Source of the DNA: Squalus acanthias
Taxonomy: Eukaryota
Direction: 5' to 3'
Assembly: GCA_030390025.1 (NCBI GenBank)
Contig: CM059452.1
Location: 8,928,001 to 8,992,000 of the forward strand
Length of the DNA: 64,000 nt
The translations under genes and the position numbers were made by a program. Below the pieces are notes generated by a model. It saw nothing but the letters and a program-made list of their open reading frames with translations, was not told where the DNA came from and made no database searches. Every line of letters starts with the position of its first letter. The stretch's first letter is position 1. Shown in pieces: positions 12,436 to 24,294 of the stretch.

Positions 12436-15400
12436 GTAAGAAACATTCACTCTTTCAGTAACTGTTGTATTTGTGTCTTTGTTTTATATTTCTGTTTATT
12501 TCAATAATTCATTCATTCACTGAAACTTGGGTTCGGTGGAGTCTGTATTGAGATTTTTTGCAATGTTCCATTTGATTCTGCTGCAAAGGAATAATAGATT
12601 TAAACAGTTTCTTCAGAAAAAAATTGTTTTTGAGGGATTGAGCCCCCTATTGATGTGATTTGGTGTTTATCTGCTAAGGAGACTGTGTGTCTGAGTTACT
12701 TTAAATACCCAACGGCTGTTGAACTGTTTTGCGTTTCTACAATGTTTAATCTCGGTGACATCCAATGGTTGCAGGTTTTCTGACCAAATTTAGACATTGT
12801 GTTTAAATGTGTTTGAAATAAGATTGTAGGCAAAAAACAGAAAGCTTTAGTGCTCAATAAAAACCTTAAGATATTTAATGTATTTTTGTTTCTGATATTT
12901 ACATTGTCATCTATTAATCTAATGTTCACCAACTAATTTTCAATACAATGTTACTGTAATTAATAACTAAATAATTAACAATTGTTAGCCTGAATCAGTT
13001 TAAGTTAAATTCAATTAAATCATTATAATGTAGTAATATCACCCAATATTACAACAATATGCTATATTAATATTAATTTATTAAGCATATTCACAATTCT
13101 GCTGTCATTATTTTATATTTTTGTTTATTTCAATAATTAATTCGTTCAGTGATAGATGGGTTCGCGGGGTTCTGTATTGAGATTTTTTTGCAATGTTACA
13201 TTTGATTCTGCTGAAAGGGTTTATAGAATGAAGCTGCTTCTCCGGAAAGCGCTCTGTTGCGGGATTGAGCCCCTCAGTGATGTGATTTGCTGTTTATCTG
13301 CTGAGGAGAGTGTGTGCCTGGGTTACTTTGAATAACTAAAGTTTGTGAAACTGTTTGGCGTTTCTGCAATGTTTAATCTCGGTGACATCGAACTGCTGCA
13401 GGTTTTCTGATCTGTTTAAAACTGTTTGAAAGTTGATTGTAGGCAGACAACAAGTAGGTTTTATAAATCAAAAAGCATTTTAAAATAATTTAAAGCATGT
13501 TTTTATTTAAGTGAGAATTACAGATTCAACTATTAATCTATGGTTTACGGTGCTCACATTTAATAGGTGAAATGTTACTGAAATTACGAATTATATAATT
13601 AACAATTTGTAGGTTGAAGGAGAGTTAAATTAATATAACTCAAACGATTAGAATGCGGTAATATCGCCCAATATCACTCAATATGCTGTAGTAATAATAT
13701 TAATGTATTAAACATTATTCACCTTCCACAATTCTGCTGTGCACTGGTCACAATTAACGTGAGCGGAACATTTTAGAGGCTGGAGACAATTTCTGATTAT
13801 GTCTGAAATTATTTTAATAACAGCAGACTGATTCCACCGCAGTGTTCAGTTTAATGAGGGGTTTGAAATTAATTGTTATCTCCCTGTTTTACACAGATGA
13901 ATGACAGATTGTATTTAATTATGCATTAAATGCGAGTATAAATTGCAGTTTATAAATGTAATAAATCTGCCGGTTTATTAAATTCTTACTGTGCAGCGGA
14001 AACCATGTTATTCCTTCAATATTATTTGTTGTATGATAGCGAGACAATAATCACTAAACTAATCTTAAACAGTTTGTAAGATCTCAGGCTGAGCGGTCGC
14101 TGGCAGTCAAAGAATTGTTCATATAATTCTATTTAAATTCAAGGAAGGTGCAGACTGCGTAAGGCTGGAGACAGACAAATAACCCATTGACATTCAAGCA
14201 GATGACTTTAATTACAAAAGGTTAATATTAGTTTTGAATTTAATAACAACATCGTGTCTCCCATTGCTGTGCTGTATACGGGATAGAATTATAGACAGTG
14301 AACAGATTACATCTGAGAGTTATATTTAATTCTCATTAATGTTAAATTGATCAACAAAATCTCTCCTCCATTTGCTCATTAAATTACAGTGCCGCAGATG
14401 GTCTGATTGATTAGCTCTCCGCCAGTTTTACACTGATCATTTTGGAACTGATTTTCAATGAATAGCAGAATATATTTAATAATTAATTTACGGGCATTGT
14501 GTGAATTACGGGAGTAAAGTATAAAAAAATTGTTTGTGTTATTAAATAGCGGAGTCTCTGTTACTGACTGCAAACTGGCCGGTTGTCTTTTAATTCACGA
14601 AAATAGTATTTGTAGTTAAGATTGAGGACAATGTTTAAACTCGAGAGCCCTGCTTTAGTAAACACACGGTGTTACACTCAATCGGTAGTTAGTGAGCTGT
14701 GACCACGGCCAGACTTTGAACTATTTAAAATAGTCCACTCCTAAATCCATCATGTGAAATCCACTCTGAGAAAAGATGGAGTTTATGTTGTATCAGAGAG
14801 TTCAGAAACATGCAGAGTTTACAAGTGTGTAGATAGAGAGCGGGAATGTATTAGAAGTTAGTGACCATTTTAACTTACTCAAAAGTGATTTGATTTAAAT
14901 AAAAATAATATATTTGTCTGAATGTCTTTAATCTATTAATATGATTTTTAATATTTTAATATTGATAAGTGTCATGTTAATTTAATTGAAACCCTATAAG
15001 TTCACAAGTTACCAGGCAGAAACAGGATTAAAATTAATATCAACTAATTTTAATATAGTGCAGCTAACATCAATATTAACTTAGAATATAATATGAGTGC
15101 GAATTTATTAAACATAAATGATCTCCCACAATTGCGTTGTATACTGGACAGGATTACAGTTACTGCAAAATCTCAAGGGTTGGGGAGAATTTTAAATTAC
15201 GTCTAAAATTAATTTAGAAACAATACATGTCTTACTCAGCTGTGCTCAGCTCGAGAAGGTGTCGCCGCAGATTTTAATGAATTAACTTCGTGTTTTGCCT
15301 CGATGATTTTACCGGTTATAATTAATTGTGAAATTATATTTACCCAGTGGTTCCTAGTTCGTTAAATTCTTACTCTGTCACGGAGTCCCTGTTATATGCA

Positions 15401-15884
15401 GCAAATTACCCTGGAATGTGAATTATTTCAGTAAACTCGTTTTCAGGGAAGCTAAATCTTATTTGTTTGTAAGATTGTAGACAGGGAGGGAGAAATGATT
15501 GGAAGTCGAAGAACTTTTTCCAAATTAATATCAGTTTAATTTCAGAAAACGTTCAGACTTGAGGTGGTCGGAAATTGACAAGGGATCAATTAGAAATCAG
15601 CTTCATTGAAATTGACAGATTGAACAGATCTATCTGCTGAGAGCACGATTGTTGCACCGTTTGTGTCTGTTCTGTTTCTGTGCGCCTGCTCACTGTGTGA
15701 GAATCAGGAGTCTGCCTGACTGCTTGTAAACCTGCTGGTTTGTTCTCTTGTGTTTCATGGAGTACAATTCGACTCAGTTATTTCAGAAGTTTGTATCTGT
15801 GAGAAATGCGATAGTTTGACTTTAAGTTTGAGGAGGCGTCTCAGTAACCCAGTTTGTGACATTCAGAAGGAGCATTTCAGAAAC

Positions 15885-16830
15885 ACTTCTGGCAGACTGT
15901 AGAAGGAGCTTTAATCAGTTTCTAACTCGTGCCGTACCTGCCCTGGGAGTGTTTGATGGGACAGTGTAGAAGGAGCTTTAATCAGTTTCTAACTCGTGCC
16001 GTACCTGCCCTGCGAGTGTTTGATGGGACAGTGTAGAGGGAGCTTTACTCTGTATCTAACCCGTGCTGTACCTGCCCTGGGAGTGTTGGATGGGACAGTG
16101 TAGAGGGAGCTTTACTCTGTATCTAACCCGTGCTGTACCTGCCCTGGGAGTGTTTGATGGGACAGTGTAGAGGGAGCTTTACTCTGTATCTAACCCGTGC
16201 TGTACCTGCCCTGGGAGTGTTTGATGGGACAGTGTAGAGGGAGCTTTACTCTGTATCTAACCCGTGCAGTACCTGCCCTGCGAGTGTTTGATGGGACAGT
16301 TAAGAGGGAGCACAACACCAGGTTATAGTCCAACAGTTTTATTTGAAATCACAAGCTTTCGGAGCTATCGATTTGCTCCTTCCTCAGGTGAAGTAAATTG
16401 GATACCTGTAACCTGTAACCTGTACTGTACCTGCCCTGGGGGTGTTTGATGGGACAGTGTACACGGATCTTTACTCTGTATCTAACCCATACTGTACCTG
16501 CCCTGGGATTGTTTGATGGGACAGTGTAGACGGAGCTTTTCTCTGTATCTAACCCGTGCTGTTATGCCCCGTGAATCTTTGATGTTCCAGTGTAGAGTGA
16601 GAAGTTACTCTGTATCTAGCCCGTGTTGTACCTGCCCTGGGAGTGTTTGATTTTGCAATGTAGTTGGAGCTTTACTCTCTATTTAACCAATGCGGTATTT
16701 TACCCGGAGCGTTTGACAGTGCTGTGCAGACTTGGCGTTGCTCGAAATCATTCCCTTCCTATACCTTTCGGTTCAGCGCATAGCAGGACAGTGCAGAGGG
16801 AGCCTTACTCTATATTATCTGTACTGTAAC
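15885..16830 (+). repeat. 67-bp tandem repeat in the JH-CH1 intron
   Basis: Unit GTACCTGCCCTGGGAGTGTTTGATGGGACAGTGTAGAGGGAGCTTTACTCTGTATCTAACCCGTGCT; starts at 15934, 16001, 16068, 16135; interrupted at ~16300-16410. Confidence 0.93.
16349..16391 (-). ncRNA. Minimal type I hammerhead ribozyme motif (Penelope-LTR derived)
   Basis: Minus strand TCAC-CTGAGGA-AGGAGC-loop-GCTCC-GAAA-GC-TT-GTGA: catalytic core, stem II, palindromic AAGCTT stem III, stem I. Confidence 0.7.
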
Positions 16831-17577
16831 AGATCTGTGAGTGCTTTGTTCCGTGTTGTTCAAGGAACCTTAATGTGCATCCAACTAATAAAGTGTGAGT
16901 TCTCCAGCCAGATATATAAAAATAAATGTTTCCATTGCTCCGATGAAACAACCGCGCATTAATTGAGTTTAACCTCATTGCAAATAAAACTGCCCATTTT
17001 TTAAATTAATTATTAAACTTTAAACATTTTGAGCATCAGATAATGATTGAATGAGATTGGCCTGATCCTGAGCTCACTTTCAAAACAAACAGTTTCAGGA
17101 AGTGACGGTAACGCTCCAGAAAGCAGCGCCTGTTCTGATCTGATGGGAGGCTGGAAGTTATTTTGAGAATTTAAATGGAGAATGTCGAGACTCCCGCTCC
17201 AAATAACCATCCTGGGAACCTTATGCTTGAAAGAATTATTTCATTCAATTGTTTTTTTAAAAAGGGACCAGGCAGCGACAAACTCGGGTGAGGTGCAGCT
17301 ATTGGACTGGGTCACAGCACAAGGCTCACAGTCACTGAGCCGCACCTCTGCGAAACATTTAAAGAGAAACAGTCAGCCTGCGATGAGTCGTCATTCACAA
17401 TAAACTTTAAGACTCTGTTACGGTATCCGATTGAATCATTTGTGTCAAATTCCTCAGTTCTTTCATTTTAAACATCCTCTTGCATAACAAACAATAAGAT
17501 ATATCTGATAGAGGTGTTTAACATTATGAAGCGTTTCCTTTCTGTTACTCGGGAAGAACTAATTCCGCTGAGCCGTG

Positions 17578-18245
17578 TAGAATCACAGAATCTCAGAGCA
17601 CAGAAGGGGCCATTCGGTCCGTCTTGCCTGTGCTGGCTCTAAAGGAGCTGTCCAATCACGTCCCAGCTTTTTCCTCGTAACCCTACAAATGAGTCCTCTT
17701 CAAGAACATGTCCAGTTGCCTCGTGCATTCCAGAACTGAACAACCCTCTGTTTGAAAAACAATTCTCCTGATGTCCCCTCTAGATATTTTGCCAATTATT
17801 TTAAATCAGTGACCTTTGGTTACCGACCTACTCGCCAGAGGAAACCGTGTCTCCCGGTTTGCTCTGACAAAACCTCTCTCAATTTTGAACACCTCTATTA
17901 GGTCTCCCCTTAACCTTCTCTGCTCCAAAGAACAATCCCAGCTTATCCAATCTCTCTGCATAACTGAAGTCTCTCATCCCTGGTATCCTCCTGGTCAACC
18001 TCCTCTGTATCCTCTCCAAGGCCTTGTCATCCTTCCTAAATTGTGGTGTCAGAATTGAATACACTACTTCATCTGATTCCTAACCAGTGACTGGTAATGG
18101 TTTAGCAGGAATTCCTTGTTTTTGTATTTAATGCCCTTTTTACAATGGCAAGTATCCCACACACTTCCGTAACCGCCTGATCAACTTGCCCTGCCACCTT
18201 CACAGATTTGTGAATAAGCTCCCCAGGTCCCTCTGCTCTTGCATT
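17578..18245 (-). mobile_element. Degenerate CR1 3' fragment
   Basis: ALERIQRRLTRRIPGMRDFSYAERLDKLGLF and a CR1-type 3' end. Confidence 0.8.
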
Positions 18246-19091
18246 CCCCACAAACCAGAAGCCAGAGTTGCCCATATCAGCAGTCAGCACATTAGTTATT
18301 GTTTGTCCTTCCTTGCATAGAACCCGCTGATATCCAATCGATTTATAATGTTTAAGGATTGCCAATATTAGATAATTAGAGAAGAAACCTGTCGCGATGT
18401 TTAGATTATTTTCGGTACAAACAGCAACAAGATCTGACTGTAACGACCCAGAAAGCAGCGCCTGTTCTCATTGGTGGGATGTTGGAAAGTAATTTGGAAA
18501 ATGAAATGGAGCATTTAAAGAGCATCGTTCCATATAACCGGCTTTGGGAATTGTATTTAATTCGGATTATTTAATTGAGTGATTGGGAGGAGGGAAGTCA
18601 GGAGACGACCATTCAGTAGCATGGGATAGAGCACAATGGAGAGATGACAACACTTTGATATCATGGAATGGCCTGATTCTGTGCTGATAATAAGAGGCTG
18701 ACAGCAAAAGGATGTAGGGAGGAGTTCAGTGGACAGAATGTGAAAGAATCTAATGTGAAAGTGGTTGAGGAATGAGGGGTGTGTTCCATAACAGGGGATC
18801 AAGAGCTGGAGTAAGTCCACGATACAATATTCCAGCATTCACTCGGTATAAAGGGGGCTCGTGGACAGAATGCCCCTTTCAGACTCCTGACTTTTCTTAT
18901 GTACAAGACTGGAGTCACATGAAGGCGTTTCACGTCGGGTCTCACAACTCACAGAAACTCAAATGCTGATCTGGGTTTTGATCGGCAAATGGTGGAATTA
19001 GTTCATCCTGTCGTCACAGTTCGAGTTGTTTGGTTATGTTATAAGCACGGATTACAGAGTCTAACTTGTTCAATGGGCCATTCTTTCCCAG

Positions 19092-19391
19092 CGACACAGT
19101 CTCCTCCCACCCTCTACGCCCTGCTCTCCTCCTGTGAACAACCCAACACCAGCGGCCCCGTCACGTACGGCTGTTTGGCGATGGACTACTTCCCGGAAAT
19201 CACCAGCCTTTCCTGGAGTAAAGATAAAGAGCCGATCACCACTGGATTGAAGACCTACCCGTCAGTGTTCAACAAGAAGGGAACCTACACCCTGAACAGC
19301 CATTTAACCATCACCGAGTCCGAGGTGGGGAGCAGCACAATCTACTGCCAGGTTCGACAAAGTGGGTCGGACTGGAGCGTCGAAATGCCAG
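19092..19391 (+). CDS. IGHM: IgM constant exon CH1
   Basis: [17 protein letters not shown]...GCLAMDY...[17 protein letters not shown]...[13 protein letters not shown], closely matching shark C-mu1 as recalled; AG/GT phase-1 boundaries; Cys for light-chain linkage retained. Confidence 0.95.
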
Positions 19392-19419
19392 GTTAGTGTT
19401 GTGGGATACAGGGGGAAAC

Positions 19420-20050
19420 TGTGAAAAGCAGAGAAGTTATGTTCAACTTCTATAAAACATTCTATACAGACTTAGAGTAACGTGCACAGGTCTGATCTCC
19501 ATAATTACAGTTGGTGTACTGTCCATTGTTTTGGTTTCCATGTAATAAGAATGATACAGAGGCACTGGAGAAGTGGAAAAAAGATTTACAAGGACGATAC
19601 CAGAACTGAAAAATTGTAACTGTCAAGAATGATTGAACGGGCTTGGGATCTTTTCTCTGGTAAAGAGAAGGCTGAGGAGTGACCGAGTAGACGTCTTTAA
19701 AATCATGAAGGGGTTTGAGAGGTTAGATGTAGAGACAATATTTCTGCTTGAGGAGGAACCCGATACTAGGGATCATAAATATAAGATAATCACTAATAAA
19801 TCCAATGGGGAATTCAGGAGAAACTTCTTTACCCAGAGAATGGGTAGAATGTGGAACTCGCCACCACATGGAGTAGTTGAGGCGAACAGCATAGATGCGT
19901 TTCAGGGGAATCTAGATAAGTACAGGAGGGAGAAAGGAATAGAAGGTTATGTTGATGGGGAGATGAAGTAGGAAGAGAGGAGTCTCATGTGGAGCATAAA
20001 CACCGACCTGTTGGGCCGATTGGCCTGTTTCTGTGTTGTAGATTCTATGT
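19420..20050 (+). mobile_element. CR1 3' fragment in the CH1-CH2 intron
   Basis: LGIFSLVKRRLRSD...RRNFFTQR..RMWNS; tail GTAGATTCTATGT. Confidence 0.85.
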
Positions 20051-20122
20051 AAAAAACCGCTTAACAGTTCTTAATTGTTTGGATTACAACAAATAATCCC
20101 TATAAAATGTATTTTCTTGCAG

Positions 20123-20434
20123 ATCGTGTGGTACATCATCCAACTGTGATCCTCACCCTGAGTTCCAGTGAAGAAATCATCAGCAGCAGGTCTTCAACCG
20201 CCGTGTGTTCAATCATCGATTTCCGTCCAAAGTCACTGACGGTGAATTGGCTGAAGAATGGACAGCTCATGGATTCGGGTTACGTCACCTCTCCCGTCTG
20301 TGAAGTGAACGGGAACTTCTCGGCGACCAGTCGGCTGACATTCCCCGCCGGGGAATGGTTCGCCGGCTCGGTCTATACCTGCCAGGTCTCTCATCAAGGG
20401 GCCACCCAAATCCGAAACATCACCAGATCTCCGG
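20123..20434 (+). CDS. IGHM: IgM constant exon CH2
   Basis: [14 protein letters not shown]...CSIIDF...W...[18 protein letters not shown]...YTCQVSHQ; AG/GTAAG phase-1 boundaries. Confidence 0.95.
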
Positions 20435-20494
20435 GTAAGAGACACAATCCCGAGCAGTTCCAGATCATTGTGAGCGCCAATCTCAGTCAGGAGT

Positions 20495-21105
20495 CATAGA
20501 GTCATAACGGCACAGAAGGAGGCCATTCGGCCCATCGTGTCCGTGCCGGCTCTCTGAAGAGCAATCCAGTCAGTCCCATTCCCCCGCTCTTTCCTCATAG
20601 CCCTGCAAGTTTATTTCCCTCAAGTGCCTATCCGGTCTCCCCTTGAAAACATTGAGTGTCTCCGGTTCCACCACTTTCGTCGGCAACGAATTCCAGGTCA
20701 TCACCACTCTCTGCGTAAAAAAGGTTTCCCTCACATCCCCCCTGTATCTCTTGCACAAAACCTTAAATATGTGTCCCCTAGTCCTTGTACCATCAACTAG
20801 TGGGAACAGCCTTTCCCCGTCTAGCCTGTCCAAACCCGTCAAAATCTTTGACACCTCTATCAAATCACCCCTCAACCTCCTTTGCTCTAATGAAAACAAA
20901 TCCAGCTTCTCCAACCTGCACTTTTAGCTTAGATCCCCCATACCCGGAACCATTCTGCTAAATCTCCTCTGCACCCTCTCAAATTCCTTGACATCCTTCC
21001 TAAAATGTGGTGACCACAACTGGATGCAATACTCCAATTGTGGCCTAACCAGTGCTTTATAAAGGTTCAGCATAACTTCTCTACTTTTGTACTCAATACC
21101 TCTAT
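20495..21105 (-). mobile_element. CR1 3' fragment in the CH2-CH3 intron
   Basis: LDLFSLEQRRLRGDLIEV...FFTQRVVMTWNSLP. Confidence 0.88.
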
Positions 21106-21399
21106 TGTTTTATTGGACTTTTATTGGAATTAGTAAAAAGCACAGATCTATTTCTAATTTCCAATCATACAGTTTATGTTTCCTTCCGATGTCAGTGCTG
21201 GCTCAGGGTTCCTCACGGTTCAGGATTCCAGCACTTCACCAAAGGGTTTCCTCAGCTGTGATGTCAGAGAGTGCATGAGGTGTCATTAGTCTCAGGTTTA
21301 TCCTGAGTTGGCTGATCATATTCGGAGCGACAGTCGGTGTCTGGAACCCTTTACTGGTAACTGTCTCGGGACCCACAGCTAGAAAGGACATCTGCCCTA

Positions 21400-21942
21400 T
21401 TTAGAGAACAGCGTTCAATTCTGGGCACCGCCAATCAGGATGGATATATTGGCTTTAGAGGGTGCAACGCAAATTCACCCGAATCATACCGGGGCTGAAA
21501 GGGTTAAATTATGAGGACAGGTTGCATAGAATAGGCTTGTATTCCTCTGAGTATAGAAGATTAAGAGGTGATCTAATTGAGGTGTTTAAGTTGATAAATG
21601 GAATTGATAGGGGAGATAGAGACAAACTATTTCCTCTGGTGCGCGAGTCCAGAACAAGGGGCATAACCTTCAAATTAGAACTCAGCCGTTCAGGGGTGAT
21701 GTCAGGAAGCACTTCTTCACACAAAGGACAGTGGAAATCTGGAACTCTCTCCCCCCAAATGCTGTTGAGGCTGGGGGTCAAGTGAAAATTTCAAAACTGA
21801 GATTGATAGATTTTTGGTAGGCAAGGGTATCAAGGGTTACAAAAAGAAGGCCGTTAGATGGTGTTCAGTTGACGATCAGCCATGATCTCATTGAATGGCG
21901 GAACAGGCTGGGTGAGCTGAATGGCCTCCTCCTGTTCCTCTG
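21400..21942 (+). mobile_element. CR1 3' fragment in the CH2-CH3 intron
   Basis: QRKFTRIIPGLKGLNYEDRL...RRLRGDLIEVFK; 3' UTR GAATGGCCTCCTCCTGTTCCT. Confidence 0.88.
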
Positions 21943-22645
21943 TTGCTATTACTGCCCTGCGGTCATATTTCCTTCTGACGCTCTCTCACCAGACATGAGA
22001 AATGCTCACTAATGACAGAAATGAACAAACTACTTCACATCGGCATTACACATTATTCACCACCACAAAAGACCCCTTGGAACTCCATTCTCCCGACCTT
22101 TCACTTCTCCTCTGACGGGGCCTGCAATGCTTCTTGCACATTTTCATCGCCCCCAAAATCGCAACAAGACAACAGAAAATTAACTTTGCTTCCTGTTGCA
22201 CCTAAAATCCTGAACTTCATGTGAAACTCGGTTTGAACCAGTGTAATTTTCGTGTAGAGCTCTTGACCCTGGGGGCGGAACCATTATAATGAGCGGGAAT
22301 GCGTTCGGGCACATGGATCTGTAGACGGGCGTAAAGGAGCAAGGTATTTCAGGAAGAGCGCTATTCAGTGCATAACACAATTGCGCCCGAATTTTTTTTT
22401 TTTTACGCCGGGTATTTGCTTCACAGCCCATTACAGGAGGCTCTGGGAGCAAATACACAGGAAATGTTAAAGAGTCTCCCGGAATCGTTGTCAATTCGTT
22501 GTCCTTCCAATAACGATGGTGTTCAAGCAACAGCGCGAGGTTGATGTCTCAAAGGTGATTTATTCTCCCTGAGAGAGTGAAGACTTAATACTGGTGTTCT
22601 GATTCTGAAGATGAAGCTTTGCTTGACTTTCATTTCTGTTCACAG

Positions 22646-22954
22646 ATGGTTCCTCATGCAGCGATTCAGAAATCACTCTTCCGCAACCGTCACTAGAACA
22701 GGTCTTACTGGAGGCGACGGTGACCTTAACCTGCGTCGTGTCTAATGCTCCTTATGGAGTCAACGTGTCCTGGATCCGAGAAAAGGAGACTTTGAAATCA
22801 GAGATTGCCGTCCAACCCGGAGAGGCTCCCAACAGCGTGATCAGCAACTTAAACATCTCGACACAAGCCTGGCTGAGCGGGGATGAGTTCTACTGCGTGG
22901 TGAGCCATCAGGATATGCCGACTCCTATAAGAGATTCCATCCACAAGGAAAAAG
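22646..22954 (+). CDS. IGHM: IgM constant exon CH3
   Basis: [43 protein letters not shown]...[13 protein letters not shown]; CACAG acceptor, G|GTGAG donor. Confidence 0.95.
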
Positions 22955-23468
22955 GTGAGCGGTGAGATTGTAGCAATTAGTGAGACATTGTGACTATTTC
23001 CTGTGCTTGTGCACGGGCCAATTCATACTATTCAGTGTTTTGATGGACTGCTCGATAATTCAATGGGTAATTCCACGAACTAAACCCTCTGGGACCAGAG
23101 ATGCATTGAGGGGGAAGCTAGATAAGTAAATGAGGGAAAAAGGAATAGAAGGATATGTTATTTGGGTTAGATGAAGTAAGGTGGGAGGAGTCTCGTGTGG
23201 ATCATAAACAGCGGCATTGACGAGTTGGGCCGAATGGTCTGTTTCTATCATGTAAATTCTATTTAATTTTCCAGTCCAACTCTTCAAGTTCCCAGAGAGA
23301 AGCATTGCATCTACCTCTGCTCCGGGCTGGAAAACCGGACAGGACACAGAGGGGAAAAGGGAATCCTTTAAAATTCAGCGCAAAGCACATTTCTCTCACA
23401 TCTAACCGCCGGTTTCATTGTCTCTGGAATTCTCCAGTTTATTGACCTTTATTGTAATTGTTCTGCAG

Positions 23469-23860
23469 CTAAAGATCCGCGGGAACCGTCCGTGTCTGTC
23501 CTCCTGCCCCCGGCAGAAGAAGTCTCCGCTCAGAGGTTCGTCAGCCTCACCTGCTTAGTGAGAGGTTTCTCCCCCCGAGAGATCTTCGTCAAGTGGACCG
23601 TCAATGACAAGCCGGTGAATTCCGGCAACTACAAGAACACCGAGGTGATGGCGGAGAACGGCAGCAGTTCATTCTTCATGTACAGTCTGTTATCCATTGC
23701 AGCGGAGGAGTGGGCCAGCGGCGCTTCTTACTCCTGTGTGGTGGGACATGAAGCGCTCCCCTTGAAGATCATCAACAGAACGGTTAATAAATCCAGCGGT
23801 AAACCCAGTTTTGTGGACATTTCCCGTGTTCTGATGGACACCGTCAATTCTTGTCAATGA
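23469..23860 (+). CDS. IGHM: IgM CH4 plus secretory tailpiece
   Basis: [15 protein letters not shown]...[17 protein letters not shown]...[11 protein letters not shown]...[24 protein letters not shown]; penultimate Cys; internal G|GTAAA donor at 23798/23799 for the membrane form. Confidence 0.96.
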
Positions 23861-23888
23861 GAATCTCTCGATTGCATTTCAGTTCTTG

Positions 23889-23904
23889 AATAAAAACCAA
23901 TAAA
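23889..23904 (+). terminator. Secretory-form polyadenylation signals
   Basis: Two AATAAA hexamers (23889, 23899) about 30-40 nt after the tailpiece stop. Confidence 0.8.
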
Positions 23905-24294
23905 GGCCTTTTCTTCCAATCGTCAGTTAAACACACAGCCGCTCAATTAATTTTGTTTCCCATTTTTGCCAAGGGGAGGGCCGTTTATCTGAAGCAGTAT
24001 ATTTTCCGGTCTCGGGGCCAAGGCTTGTACAGCCAGCGCTCCCAGCTCAGATACACCACGGGTTAGAGACAGGCTGAAACTCTTTCATGACAGGATTCCT
24101 CAAAGTCAATTCAGCAACTTTCCTCCCGCTGGGGGGAATCTGAAAAGTTCCCATTTCAGACAAACAAACGCAGCACATTTAGATCTCGGTGTCATGTTGT
24201 CGTATTGTCCATCCCTTCAGGAATGGGGACAGTTACATTTTGCAGCATCGCACCCTCTGGGATCTGAAATGAGGACCACACACGAACACGAATT

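Noticed and set aside
11910-23860. Identification as nurse-shark-type IgM1gj
   Set aside because: IgM1gj lacks CH2 and has an IgM-type V; here all four CH exons plus TM exons are present and the V looks omega-like.
19092-23860. Calling the whole gene IgW or IgNAR
   Set aside because: The four C exons, tailpiece and TM match C-mu, and CH1 with its light-chain Cys is present.
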